Positions 52,702-64,000 of a stretch of DNA of 64,000 bases are shown here, in pieces (positions within the stretch are counted from its first letter, which is position 1; every line of letters begins with the position of its first letter). This DNA is from Tubiluchus corallicola (lineage: Eukaryota; Animalia; Priapulida). Both the position numbers and the translations under genes were made by a program. The DNA is taken from the NCBI GenBank assembly GCA_030141605.1, contig JAQGDQ010000317.1:186001-250000 (forward strand), read 5' to 3'. The notes below the pieces were generated by a model. It was not told the origin of the DNA, made no database searches, and saw only the letters and a program-made list of their open reading frames with translations.

Positions 52702-54977
52702 TTTGTTTATAATAGTCTAACAGTAGCTTAGGTATTTTTCAAAGGCTGTGTTATTAGGATAGGATTAAATTGCTAACTCTCTGTTCACTTGCAGCCTTAA
52801 ACTTTTATCTAATTGTTTTTAATACACATATATTTTTATAAAAAAATATTTTTTGTTGGTTGAGAATCTGAGGCTACTCTGACTAATACTAATAGGAGTG
52901 TTTACAATGGTTATAATGCAAATGTAAAAAATAAGGCACTGGTAAAAATTGTAGTGTATCTTGTCTCGCAAGCCAAGGAATCCAAAATTTAAAAAAGAAA
53001 GATAGGAAAAACAGCATAGGAAAAAAATGCTATAACCAGATTTTTAGAAGGCTTTATGATCTAATGTAACTCTGTTGTTGATAAATCATGAAGTAAAGTG
53101 TGATGAAAAGATTTGAAATTTGGAAAATGTGTGTAATTAGAAGCCATTATTGTCTGTTAAAACTCTATTAGTAATGAATGAATTATATACACCTCGTATA
53201 TATATATATATTTTGTATATATTGTACAATATATACAATATATATACTATTGTATATATACACCTCGTATATATATATTTTACTGTTTTCTAAACGAAAG
53301 GTAAGTAAATAATCTAGTAATCTAAAAATAATCTTTATTTCCTTGAAACAGATTTTATTTCTGTGCAATGTGTACTACTGCCATGCGCACTGCTCATTCG
53401 TGCTTAATGCCAAGATGTAGTAAATTATTTGAAATTATGGGCATCATGCCAGAATCTGTGGCATGGCAACGTTAATAATTTGTAATTATTAATATTTTTA
53501 TACCAAGCTGTTTATAGAATGTTTGATAAATTTCCTTTATTTAACCGATGTGACTGATGTAAAGAAAGTTTCTCAGATAATGTTCCAGCTTTTGTTAGTT
53601 ATATTCGTTAAATGTCTAACCATTATTTAAACATTTAGCTTTTCTTGTACTTTTTGTTGCGATATGGTTTTGTCTTTTATTGAACATCGTGCAAAAAGTT
53701 TTCATAAACTTGTAAAATAAAAGCTAGATATTGTTTGCATATAATACAGTTATTTGAAACTCAGGTCAGATTTATATTTGATATTACTATTGTATTTTTT
53801 ATTAATTTTCTGCAAATGGTTTTGTGCTAAATTAAGGACATTTGCAATGACTTACCACTTGTGGTTTCACTGGTTTGTGTTGATCTTGCATACTGATTTT
53901 TGTTTACAAAATTAAAAATCAAGATTAATGCTAGAGATATCTGTGTTATTGTTTCATTATTTAAAAACTAGTTAGTAGATGCAAACCCATTTGCTTTCAT
54001 TGCACAGTATGCCTTAAAGAAAAACAGTGCCAAATTTCTGCCCATAGTGTATGCTTTAAATATACGCTTTAAAGCAAAATATTGTATTTGAGAATGCTTG
54101 GACCACTTCGGATTTGTTATTCTTCATTGTTATCCTATTACTGTGGACATATAATAAACCTGACCACAGCTGTGTTTACATTGAAGAATTAATACTTTAC
54201 AGGCTTGATTTTGTTAGTTCATTCCTTTCAGTCCTTCATACTTAGCTGTGTAATTCCGCCTGCTTATCAGAAATACGCTGCAAAAATAGAACCTTGCCCG
54301 ATCAACAGATCAGAATTAATACATTATGACATCAGGGCATCTTCAAGAAATCGCATGTTAGCCAAGGGCGCATGCAGCAATAAACTTGCAAATTTAATGT
54401 TAAACTGTGAATTTAAAAGGAAAAACTAACTGAGCTGTGTTTTTTTTATACACATACAATGACACAGGTGCTGTAACTTAAATTTTCGCTTTTCGACTTG
54501 CAAACACAGCTATGACTTGAACTGACTTCATCACTAGCTGTCCTTTTCGGCGTTATTACTATAGTTTCCCCAAGCTAATTTAATATTTTGAAATTACTAA
54601 GCTTATGTGATTAAGCGTCTATTCTGGGCCACAGATATGGTCTGAAAGTCATCCTGTTTTATTTATGTTCAGCTAAGCACTTTTAGCAAAATATTCACAA
54701 TTGTAACAATTTCGTTCATTTTTTACAAGGTTTTCCAATGACATAGTTTAGTAGATAAACCTCTTCTGTTTAGTGTTTAATTAAATAATTTCTGTACTTA
54801 ACGAGCCTTTATCGCAAGGCGTCCAAGGACAACCTTAGTTTACGTAGGCTTACACTCTAGACAGTTGTCTGTAGTCACGTGCCGCATAAAAGTATTCTGT
54901 AGGAGTCCCGCGTAAAGCAATTTATTTGGTGCCTTATGTTTAGCAGAAGTACGGATAGTACAGATACAAATGTATAC

Positions 54978-54986
54978 GGCGGGAAA
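54978..54986. promoter_or_regulatory. E2F-binding site in the likely Claspin promoter
   Basis: GGCGGGAAA (TTTCCCGCC on -) in a locally CpG-enriched patch (~54800-55080), plus TCCCGCG at 54906-54912, ~0.9 kb before the first candidate Claspin exon. Confidence 0.55.
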
Positions 54987-55921
54987 TTAGATGAACGATT
55001 TCATTTAATAGGAACATCTCTGGTATCAATTTATTTTCTCGTAGACTTAATATTATGTATATGCTAAAATTTTCGACGTAATTAAATCAGACATTTCCTA
55101 ACAAAATGTACTGTACTGCTTAAAGTGTTATTTACTTCAATGCTTAAAGACTTAAATATTGCTTGTCAAATCAGTTTTGTATTCTGCTGTTATGAAAATT
55201 AAATCAGGATCATAATTTTGTCATTCTTTTAAAAAACTTTAACTCACATTTTGGCTTAATGTATTGCAAATTCAGGATAATTTTTTCCTTTTACTTTTTT
55301 GTTCACGTGTATGTTCATGGCCTCTTTATACTTATATTTATTTTATAATTTCCACAAACCAAACAGTTGAATGAGTTGATAACTATTACTTGTCTTAAAG
55401 TTTCTGATTTTAATTGCATTTTATTTTGCTTTAATTATGCACTACCTGAAATATTGATTCCACTTAAATTTTCTTTTATGAATGCTGTTTTTCCGAACGT
55501 TTAAATATTCTAATTTTGATGTGATTTTTTGTTTTTAACCGTAATGTTACCTTTAATGTTTGATAATTTTTCTTAGGAATGGCTGGTTTTTGTATTTTTG
55601 TTTTTGTATTTTTATTTTTTGTATTTATGGATGTTTATGCATTTTTCATGGTTGTGTTCTTTCTGTCATTAGTGTTTCTTTGTTTACTAGTCTTTCTGAG
55701 AAGAATGGCTGACTCGCTAACCTTTGGTTTTTTGCCACCCTTTCTCCCATGTCCATTTGTATTTTTGTATATTTTATTGTTAAATGTAAATTTATTAATT
55801 ACTAATTTAATCTCATGTACTTGACAGAAGGATGGAAAGCAGTGCCATAAGTATTGGAGGCATACCCTAACTGTCACTGGTACACTGTGCAGTGAATAAC
55901 AAATAAATTCTCGTTGTCATC

Positions 55922-58900
55922 ATGCTTTGCTTATCGGCAGGAGATAACTTTCAAAGTAATGTAAGTATAGCCATTGATTATTTGCATTCGTCATTATAGG
56001 TTTTTTGTAAATTATATATGTAATTTTTCGAACTAATAGTAATGCAGTAATAGACAATTAGATTGAATTGAGTTAATTTAGGTTTTTACATAAACATTTT
56101 TCAAAACTATAATTGTGAAATAGTGACAGTGAAATAAAAATAAAAGTTGAATACAACTTCAAATGGACAGCAAGTAAAGGCCAGAGCTTATTGTCATTGA
56201 GTCACCTGCTGCCAGTTTAATGCATTGATTATCAATTCACTTGTTGAAGGCTGTCTAGTTGACTAGGTTGAATCGAATTGGAACGTTTTTCAAATTCAAA
56301 TTCGCTTTGAACCTAAAATTATGGTTTCGAATAAATCGTCACTTCAGCTACAAGAGGTCTTTATCATTAAAATGTTTGAAACATTATACAATCAGTATAA
56401 TTTAGCTGCATTTTTCATGCACAGCTTTTAAACAAATTATTAGTATCTTTACTGCAGAACAAAATCAATTAATAATATGCATAATCTCTGCAAGGTTGCT
56501 TTTTGTTAATGAGTTGAACATTTATTCGAAAATGAATGTTCTCAGAGTTTTTCTTGGGAAAAACTTTCTCATCAAAACCGACTATTTCCCTTGGTGTCTC
56601 TCTTGGGGAAAAAAGGGCTAGATGAAGTTCCACCTAGAATCAGTCGTTTGAAAATGAGGCTGATGAGATTCAGATTTGAAATCGCTCATGTTCCTGGGAA
56701 ACAACTTTATACTGCAGACGCATTATCCAGAGCTCCACTGCTAGAAACAGGAGATTCTTCATTGCATCTTGCGAGTTAAGCCTACATCAGTAGCATACTT
56801 AGCAATCTTCCAGCTTCAGAAAGACGGTTGTAATAAGAGCAACATGATGTTCCTGAATGGATGATGGTCCCGAATAAGCTGATGGAACATACACTGAATG
56901 GATGACCAGAAAAATAGTATATAAATGGTGCAATAATGCCTTACTACCAGTTTGTTTCAGAACTTACAATTCAAGATGGTTTGCTATTGAAAAGTCTAGA
57001 ATGTGAGAAATCTTTGCTTAGAAATGCTGGATAAAATACACCAAGGTCACTTATGTATAGCTAAGTGTCGCGGGAGAGCCAAACAGAGTATCTGGTGGCC
57101 GGGACTGTCAGAAGAACTAGAATCATGAGTGAAGAGTTGTGCAAAATGTCTAAAAGGACTGCATGATCAAGCTGAACCACTGGTTACCACAAAGATGCCG
57201 GACCGTCCTTGGCAAAACCTTGCAGCAGATTTAAAGGAAATTAATGGTAATCAGTGTCTTGTCCTGGTGGATCACTGTAGTCGCTATATTGAGGTGGCTA
57301 AGTTAGGTAAAAATACAACAGTATCCAACATTATTGTGCATTTGAAATCGATATTAGCTAGACATGGCAAGCCGGATGTCCTAATGACTGGTAATGGGGC
57401 AAACTTTGAAAATTCTGAATGCAGAGAGTTTGCTACCGCCTTTGACTTTGTGCACATAACATTATTGCGTAGATATCCGAGATCCAATTGTGCTGTTGAA
57501 TGTGCAGTGCAAACATTCAAAAATCTCATGCAGAAGAATGGAGCCCCGTACCTAACACTTCTCGTATACAGAGCTACGCCTATACACAATGGGTTTTCAC
57601 CTTCAGAGCTTTTGATAGGAAGAAAGTTTAAAACTACTTTACCAGCATCTAGTGGGCAATTGAAACCACTGTATAGTCTTTCTGGTGTTCAGGAGAAGGA
57701 AGATGAGTACAAAGGTAAAACGAAACAAAACCATAATGATAGGCATAGAGCTTTCAAGAGCCTAAAAGCACTTGTGCCTGGTGACAAAATTTTTATCCGT
57801 GATAATGAGAAATCAGGAGAGATTCTTCAGGAGAGAATGCACCATGGTCTTACTTGGTGAAAACTCCTGATACTATACACAGGCACAATCGCAGGTCACT
57901 TGTAAAGTTAAATGGTAACCATCATAAATGGTGCCCAAGCACTGTCAGTGAACGTAATTCTGCTGAAATGCCTAGTGATAAATCTTCAAGTGGTAGTGTT
58001 ACATGTCCTCACAGTGATGGTGTTCCTGTAACAACTCGTTCCGGAAGAGTTATAAAAGCTCCAGATAAACTGGACTTGTAAATGAGCTGCGAACATTGGT
58101 TCTTGAACAATATGAACATTACCTACAATATTGTACAGTGGACTCTCGTTACAAGAATCACACGTATAAGAATCAGCTCAATATAAGAATCAAAATCGCG
58201 TTTCCCGAATTGAATCGGCATTTTCCTAGTGAAAATCCGCTCGTATAAGAATCACTTTGCCTTCTCCCGAGGTGATTCTTATAACGAGAGTCCACTGTAT
58301 TTCACATTTTGTGTGAACGTCTTTTCGTAATTTTCATAAACTTAGATTTTACAAGTTTGTTAGGAGTTAACTTTGTACATTTAAATAGGCTTATGCTGCA
58401 TAAAGCTAAACTATAATTTAGTTAAAAGTTAGTAGTTGTTCAACATTTACTTTAGCCAGTATAGGCAGAGTAATGTAAAACATTCAACTGTTTTTGCTTT
58501 CTTGTCATTGATAATTAGCAATAATTTTGCATTTTGAAATGTGCTAACGTTTGCACTTCCAGTTGCCTTAAAGTTAAAGTTAAAGTGAAATTACAAAGCT
58601 TTATAATGTTAGATTAGTTAAAAACTTATTGCATTTCATAATACTGACTTTAGTGGAAAGTCACAAGATAAAACACATTCCCTAGAAGGGAAGATGTAGG
58701 ATTAATTCTCTGGTCATGCACTTATGCTAATGCACGATAGGTGGTGACAGTTGGTTACTGTCATGAAGTTATAAGAATACAAGTCTAACTATTAACTTGA
58801 GGGTTATTGTCTGGCTATTATAACACTCTAAAACCGCTCAAAATTTTTTCGGATTCAAATTCCCTTTCTGACAGAGAATGCTCACCCCTAGTCCTAGCTC

Positions 58901-61900
58901 TGTTTTGGGAAATCATTTTACATTAGAAGCAAAGCTGTGACAATTAGACCTGAAATTGATACTGTCATCAATGTCGTATGTGTTTGAAAATTGAGAGTTG
59001 TAACTGTTAAGTTAAATGATGTGAAATTTTTATTTGAAAAGATATTTCTGATACACTTTTTTTGAATTTAACTCAAGTGGTTTTATTTGTCTTTATATAC
59101 ATAAGCCGACTTGCAGTGACATTTAGAATTGTCTAATTTCAGCCACTGTCACTAGCAAATAGTGATTTGTTTGATGCTGGTGACAGTTCAGATGATGATG
59201 GACAAATACCAGAAAGAGTACTAAGTTCAGAGGAAAAAGATGCTGCAGAAGGTAAATGTTTCTCTCGTTTATAGAAACTGTGAAAATGTAGACATTGATT
59301 TAGCTTTCTTTTAGCATTTAGTGTTTATACAAGTTTTACCTTATATTAATTAATATCTGGTTTTAGGTGACTTTATGGAAGATTCTGATGTAGGAAATGA
59401 AGAAAGCTTGGAGAAGATAAAAAATAATGCAAAGAAATGTTTTTCAGAAAAGGTGACCAATATGTTTTGATTTCTCTTATATGCACACCTTATATGCTTA
59501 CCACATCAAGTTCATGCTTTTTATACTTGGTTTGTTTTTACCCTTGAACCTTTGACGCTCACAGCAAAAATACTTCTGTTTTTGTCTAATCGTTCAGGCT
59601 GCCATTTTATATGATGCTGGTTATTGTATTGGAGGCTAAAAAGTATTGTATTTTCCATCAAATCAATGTATTAATGTGCGAGTAATGCAGCTGTTTGTAC
59701 CATAATTATCAGAACATACGTTTATATCAAATATAAAAGAGACTATGTGATAATTAATAATTGTATGACAATTTAACAATGTGAAACAAAAAACTAAAAT
59801 AGTGTTTTTTGCTGAGATGAACAGTTATTCTAATAAGGTAATTGTAGTGCTATGAGGTCTGTAGTAACTGTGTAAGTCAGACATTAGTCAGTGTGCTTGA
59901 AAAAAATGACGTTTTTATTAAGCTCATCTTGTGCTGTTAAGCTGGTGAATCACGGTTCCCTATTTTTGCTTTCCTAATTCAGAAAATTTCATAGTACATG
60001 TATCAGTATATGGTTTGTGTTTAAAGATTTCACAAGCGTGTATAATTTTCTATCGGTTATTGGATGCAATTAGGTTAGTGCAATATGTTTTATGGCACAA
60101 TATTTATTTAAATTATCTTGTGTAATTCAACGCTGTGTGTTTCACCTATATATTTTTCTGTAGAGGAAGACGGAGGGTTTGCAACGGACTCAGAAGTCTA
60201 GGCAGAAGAAGGAGGAAGCTTTGCGTCAAATACATGCTGAAACCCAGAGATTAGTACGAGGTTTGTATAACTGTATGAATTGCAATTACTAGCCCAAAAT
60301 CACTGCACTTTTTTGAACATTAATTAATCAATTTATAATAAATCCATTTCTGCCTTGGTAACAGGTTCAAATTCGAACTGGGTCACTTTTTGCATTGTCT
60401 TCGTTCTCAATTCATTAAATTTTAGGTTACTTGTTAAACTATTAGTTTTATGAATTCTGGTGTATCATGTACAAAATGCAATGCATTGTGCTGACCTGGA
60501 CGTTTTGTCACATCTTTTGACCTTGTTTTTAAACTTAAGATTGAGATTGTCAAGCTCAATAGAAGCCATGTTTTAGTGCTTTTGTACTTCGTAGACTTAT
60601 TTTTAGCAAAATTGAAATATAGAAGTTTAATTTATTTACTAGCGTAAGTTTTCTTACAACAGAATAACAATAAATCAGTATTTTTTTCTTTTGCAGAATC
60701 AAATGTATCACTTCCTTATCATAAGCCAAAACCTATGGCACTTAAGGAATTTCTTAATCGAAAGAAAAAGATACAACCTCTGAAGTATACAACGAGGTAA
60801 TGTAATCACAAGTTTTTAGTTAGCTGATGATTTTTTTTTTTATTATTTCATTTTATAAATGAATTTTTGTTGATAAAATATCAGTAAACATTATATTGTT
60901 AAGCAATGAGTTTTAGAGGATTAAAATTTAGTGTTACTAACACTATTATTAAGATTTGTAATTTCAGTAGACGTTGCAGCCTTGTAGCCAGTACTTCATG
61001 AGTTTTTAATTAATTTATTTTTTGTGATATTGCAGTCAGATTCGAGAAGCTGCTAAACGGGAAAAATGTCAACAAAGAGAGGCAGATTGTACCAATTATA
61101 ATGTAGCTGGACTACAATCAGAATCAACGTGCAAAGAAATTACAGGCACTTTCACTTCTGCTCATCATTCACAAAGTGTTTCCAGGTTGCAAATGACTAC
61201 ATCTGATGAACATATTTCAGATGGCAGTGACAAAAACCTTTGTTTACAGAATGAGTCGAAACAAAAGAATGTGCAAAACAAAACTGACGATGTGGTCATT
61301 GAAGATTATGATGAGCTTCCTGATTTATTGGTGGAAATATCAAGCACAAGAAATAAGGAATTAAACGACAACGATCATATTTCTAATTATGAGAGTGAAA
61401 GTGTTAGTGAACAGGAGAAACATGACGATACTGCTGAGGTGGAAGTAGACGAGTCTCCAGTAGAGGAAAAAAAATCTAAGTTTCGCTTCGATGACGACAC
61501 TGGTGATTACAAAGTTACCAATAGTTATGATACTTTGAAGTCTCTTACAAACTATAATAGTTTTAGAAGCACCAGAGTGCCAGAAGGGCATAGTGCTTCA
61601 AACATTTCAAATCTATCAGACAATTTAGCTGCAAATGTGTACAATACATCAAGTAGTGCATCGGGCATTTTTAGTCTCTCAGATAATGTAGCTGCAAGGA
61701 CTGCAAAGCTGTGCAGTGTGTCAACCAATCACCTTGGTAATGGACAAAGTTTGCACAACCACCAGGTGAACAATGACAATGTTAAAGCAACAAAATCCAC
61801 AACAAAACTGAGCTGTCTTAAACTCAGGGTTCTGAAAAATTTAGCACCTTCACCATGTCTTAGTGGAAGTGGTCCGTCCGATTTTATAGACTTGGGCTTG

Positions 61901-63182
61901 GGAGACCCACCTTGTGGAAAACCAAAGGGTGTAACTGAGCTGATGAACAGATTTGTGAAACATACAGCGAAGCGTGCTCCAAGACAGCCACACAATGTAG
62001 AAATTCAGTAAGTATTTTACACTTAAAGAATTACTCACCTGAAATGTAACTGCCTAACAGTAGTTATTGTATGGTCATTTGTAGTCGACAATATAAGGAG
62101 CATGTAATTTTTTGCCTAGAGCATATATGTGAAACTTGACACTTATGTTGTAATTTATGAATATGTCAGCTAGTACATAATCACTCCTGAAGTGTGCTGA
62201 ACTGTAATTGCATTTCTATCCCTAGAATCTTGTTAAACGTCTATAAATAATTTAAATTCTGTCGTTCAAAACATAAACAAGTAATGAAACCACTATGTTG
62301 TTTGTAGTAGCAGCGTTTACACGAAAAACACCTATTTAGAGTTAAAAATGTAAATACATGGAATTTATTACAGCTACAATTAATTACTTCTGTGATGTTG
62401 TATCAAACACATTTAAACTTAAAGACTCGTTTCTGTTAATAGATACCCAGATTATAAAAAGTATTACAAAAAGACCCTTCAGGGTTTTATTTGGCATATG
62501 ATTGTTGCTGACTAGGTGCTACAGTAACTTTGCCTCAAATGTCATCCAGCTTTTTATAATCGAGAATTTTATTGACTTCAGGACACAGGCAATATTTGGT
62601 GTTTTTTGGTAAGTTGTCACAATTACTAATAAGTTCCCATAAAAGAATGCAGCTATTTTTGTAGTGTTGTGCACAAAGAAGTTGATGTAAGTGGGCAAGA
62701 ACATCTCCGTAGCGATGCACTTTCTGTCTCTGTACCAGGTGATGAAGAAGCACCAGAAAATCCACAGCTGAGCTTTCCTGGTATGTAAATTAATGCTATA
62801 AACGTAAATGAGTGATATGTGTCTTCCACATTTGCTGTTTCAGGGCTGCATTAGCATACTAACTACTAACACAATTTGTAAACTGGAAGTTCTGTGGTGA
62901 CGTATTTGTGTATTGTGGTGAAGCGGTAACATAATTTCGCAGGTATTTTTTCGCCATGGTTTTGCTTATTAGTTAACTGTGTACATTAATTTGCCAGGTG
63001 CAAAATTGGCTAAACTGAGGGAGTCGTTAAAAATGGAGATGAAACAAAAGAGGCAAGTTTCCCAGCAGAAGAAAATCCAACTGTATAAGATGGATAACGA
63101 AGAAGACTATGAAGCGGAAGGTGAAGATGACGAAGAAGAAGAGGCAGAGCAAAGTGAAACGGATGAGGAGAACGAAGATGAG
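55922..63182 (+). CDS. CLSPN: Claspin (replication checkpoint mediator), 3'-partial
   Basis: Exons 55922-55960 (tentative start), 59143-59251, 59367-59452, 60164-60260, 60697-60796, 61036-62007, 62665-62780 and 62998-63182 are phase-consistent. Claspin-like blocks: [40 protein letters not shown]...EFLNRK, LMNRFVKH, PGAKLAKLRESLKMEMKQKR...LYKMDNEE and an acidic tract. Confidence 0.88.
56545..58825 (+). mobile_element. Decayed Ty3/Gypsy LTR retrotransposon (RNase H end, integrase, PPT, 3' LTR) in a Claspin intron
   Basis: PPRISRLKMRLMRFRFEIAHVPGKQLYTADALSR; HHCC HQGHL..KCRGRAKQSIWWPG..CAKC; rve core RPWQNLAAD..LVLVDHCSRY; C-terminal TTRSGRVIKAPDKLDL*. PPT AGAAGGGAAGA at 58684-58694 is followed by TGT...ACA at 58695-58825. 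Stops and frameshifts throughout. Confidence 0.9.
58136..58297. mobile_element. 162-bp pogo/Tigger-type MITE inserted in the Gypsy remnant
   Basis: Near-perfect 26-bp TIRs CAGTGGACTCTCGTTA(C/T)AAGAATCAC, TA target duplication and internal TATAAGAATCA repeats. Confidence 0.92.
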
Positions 63183-64000
63183 GTGATGTTGCTTTAGTAA
63201 ATTTTTAAAGGGAAGAAAAGAGAATTTTAGAATATATCCAAAATAACTTTCCATACAAAGTTATAACTTATAGTGCTTAGCACTACACTTACCTGTTTGA
63301 AAGACTTATGTAACTGGAAAAGAAACTCTTAATAATTTAAAATATTCACGCCATACTGGTGAAACGGCACTGTATCACCGTCCCAATGTGCATCACTGGC
63401 TCACCATAAAACACATTATTGGTGTTACTGACAGTATAAAGTAATTTAAACTGTTGCTTAATTAGTGGAGAGTGTGCTACGAATGCTCTGGTTATTTTTT
63501 CAAGCTTTATGCAATGTTATATCTGAACTTGTTTCAAATGGCTTTCCGTTAAAATGGCTGGTGTTACCGGCTAACTGACATCGCAGGAGTGTTATTTACA
63601 ACTTTTGTACATCATAACTGCTAATGCAATTTCTGTGTGCAGTGAGATAGCTTGTAAGTAGTACCCAATTTCAAGACGATTTTTAAAGCTTTTTTATGAA
63701 AAGTGTTTTCTTGTTCTTTAAGGTTTAGTCAGTTATTAATCTGTTCTTCTTTTTTCCTTGATTTGGTTTGCTTTGAAAGATGATAGAATTAAGTGTACAA
63801 TGGTCTTGGTTTTTGTGTGATCTTTAGCTGTTCTTTAAGATACAGACTAATAGTTTTTAATAGAGGGTTACCGGATCTCTGTCCACAGCAATCCAGCACA
63901 AATTTGGATCGGATCAGGATAAGATCCTTATCCTTGCTTTAGCAGTCCCCCTTTCTAGTCAGCTCTGCAGTCCTAATACTTTGTAGATTTATATAGATAT

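Overview
This is AT-rich animal genomic DNA, most likely from an invertebrate bilaterian, with spliceosomal introns; I found no rRNA, tRNA or CRISPR features. I reconstructed the genes by hand from splice sites and reading phase. (1) An MRCK/CDC42BP kinase on + has 40 coding exons in view (5684..25298; the 5' exons lie outside the window), two tandem CRIB exons and a candidate 9-nt microexon. (2) A mitochondrial CSKMT/METTL12 methyltransferase on - has 3 coding exons, 243 aa and one GC-AG intron. (3) Its last intron contains a complete antisense 3-exon gene for a secreted 14-Cys single-IGFBP-domain protein. (4) FHIP1/FAM160A (1002 aa) has an intronless CDS and lies head-to-head with CSKMT. (5) METTL26 has 2 coding exons. 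(6) The 5' half of Claspin has an E2F site upstream and a decayed Gypsy element in its first coding intron. Decayed CR1/LINE fragments, a deleted hAT element and several TA-flanked Tc1/mariner-pogo MITEs are interspersed. The most novel-looking leads are a possible family of small antisense ORFs with X-box and C/EBP motifs nested in the upstream MRCK intron, the nested IGFBP-like gene, the double-CRIB and microexon splicing module of MRCK, and a transmembrane micro-ORF divergent from METTL26. All calls come from reading the sequence; no searches were run.
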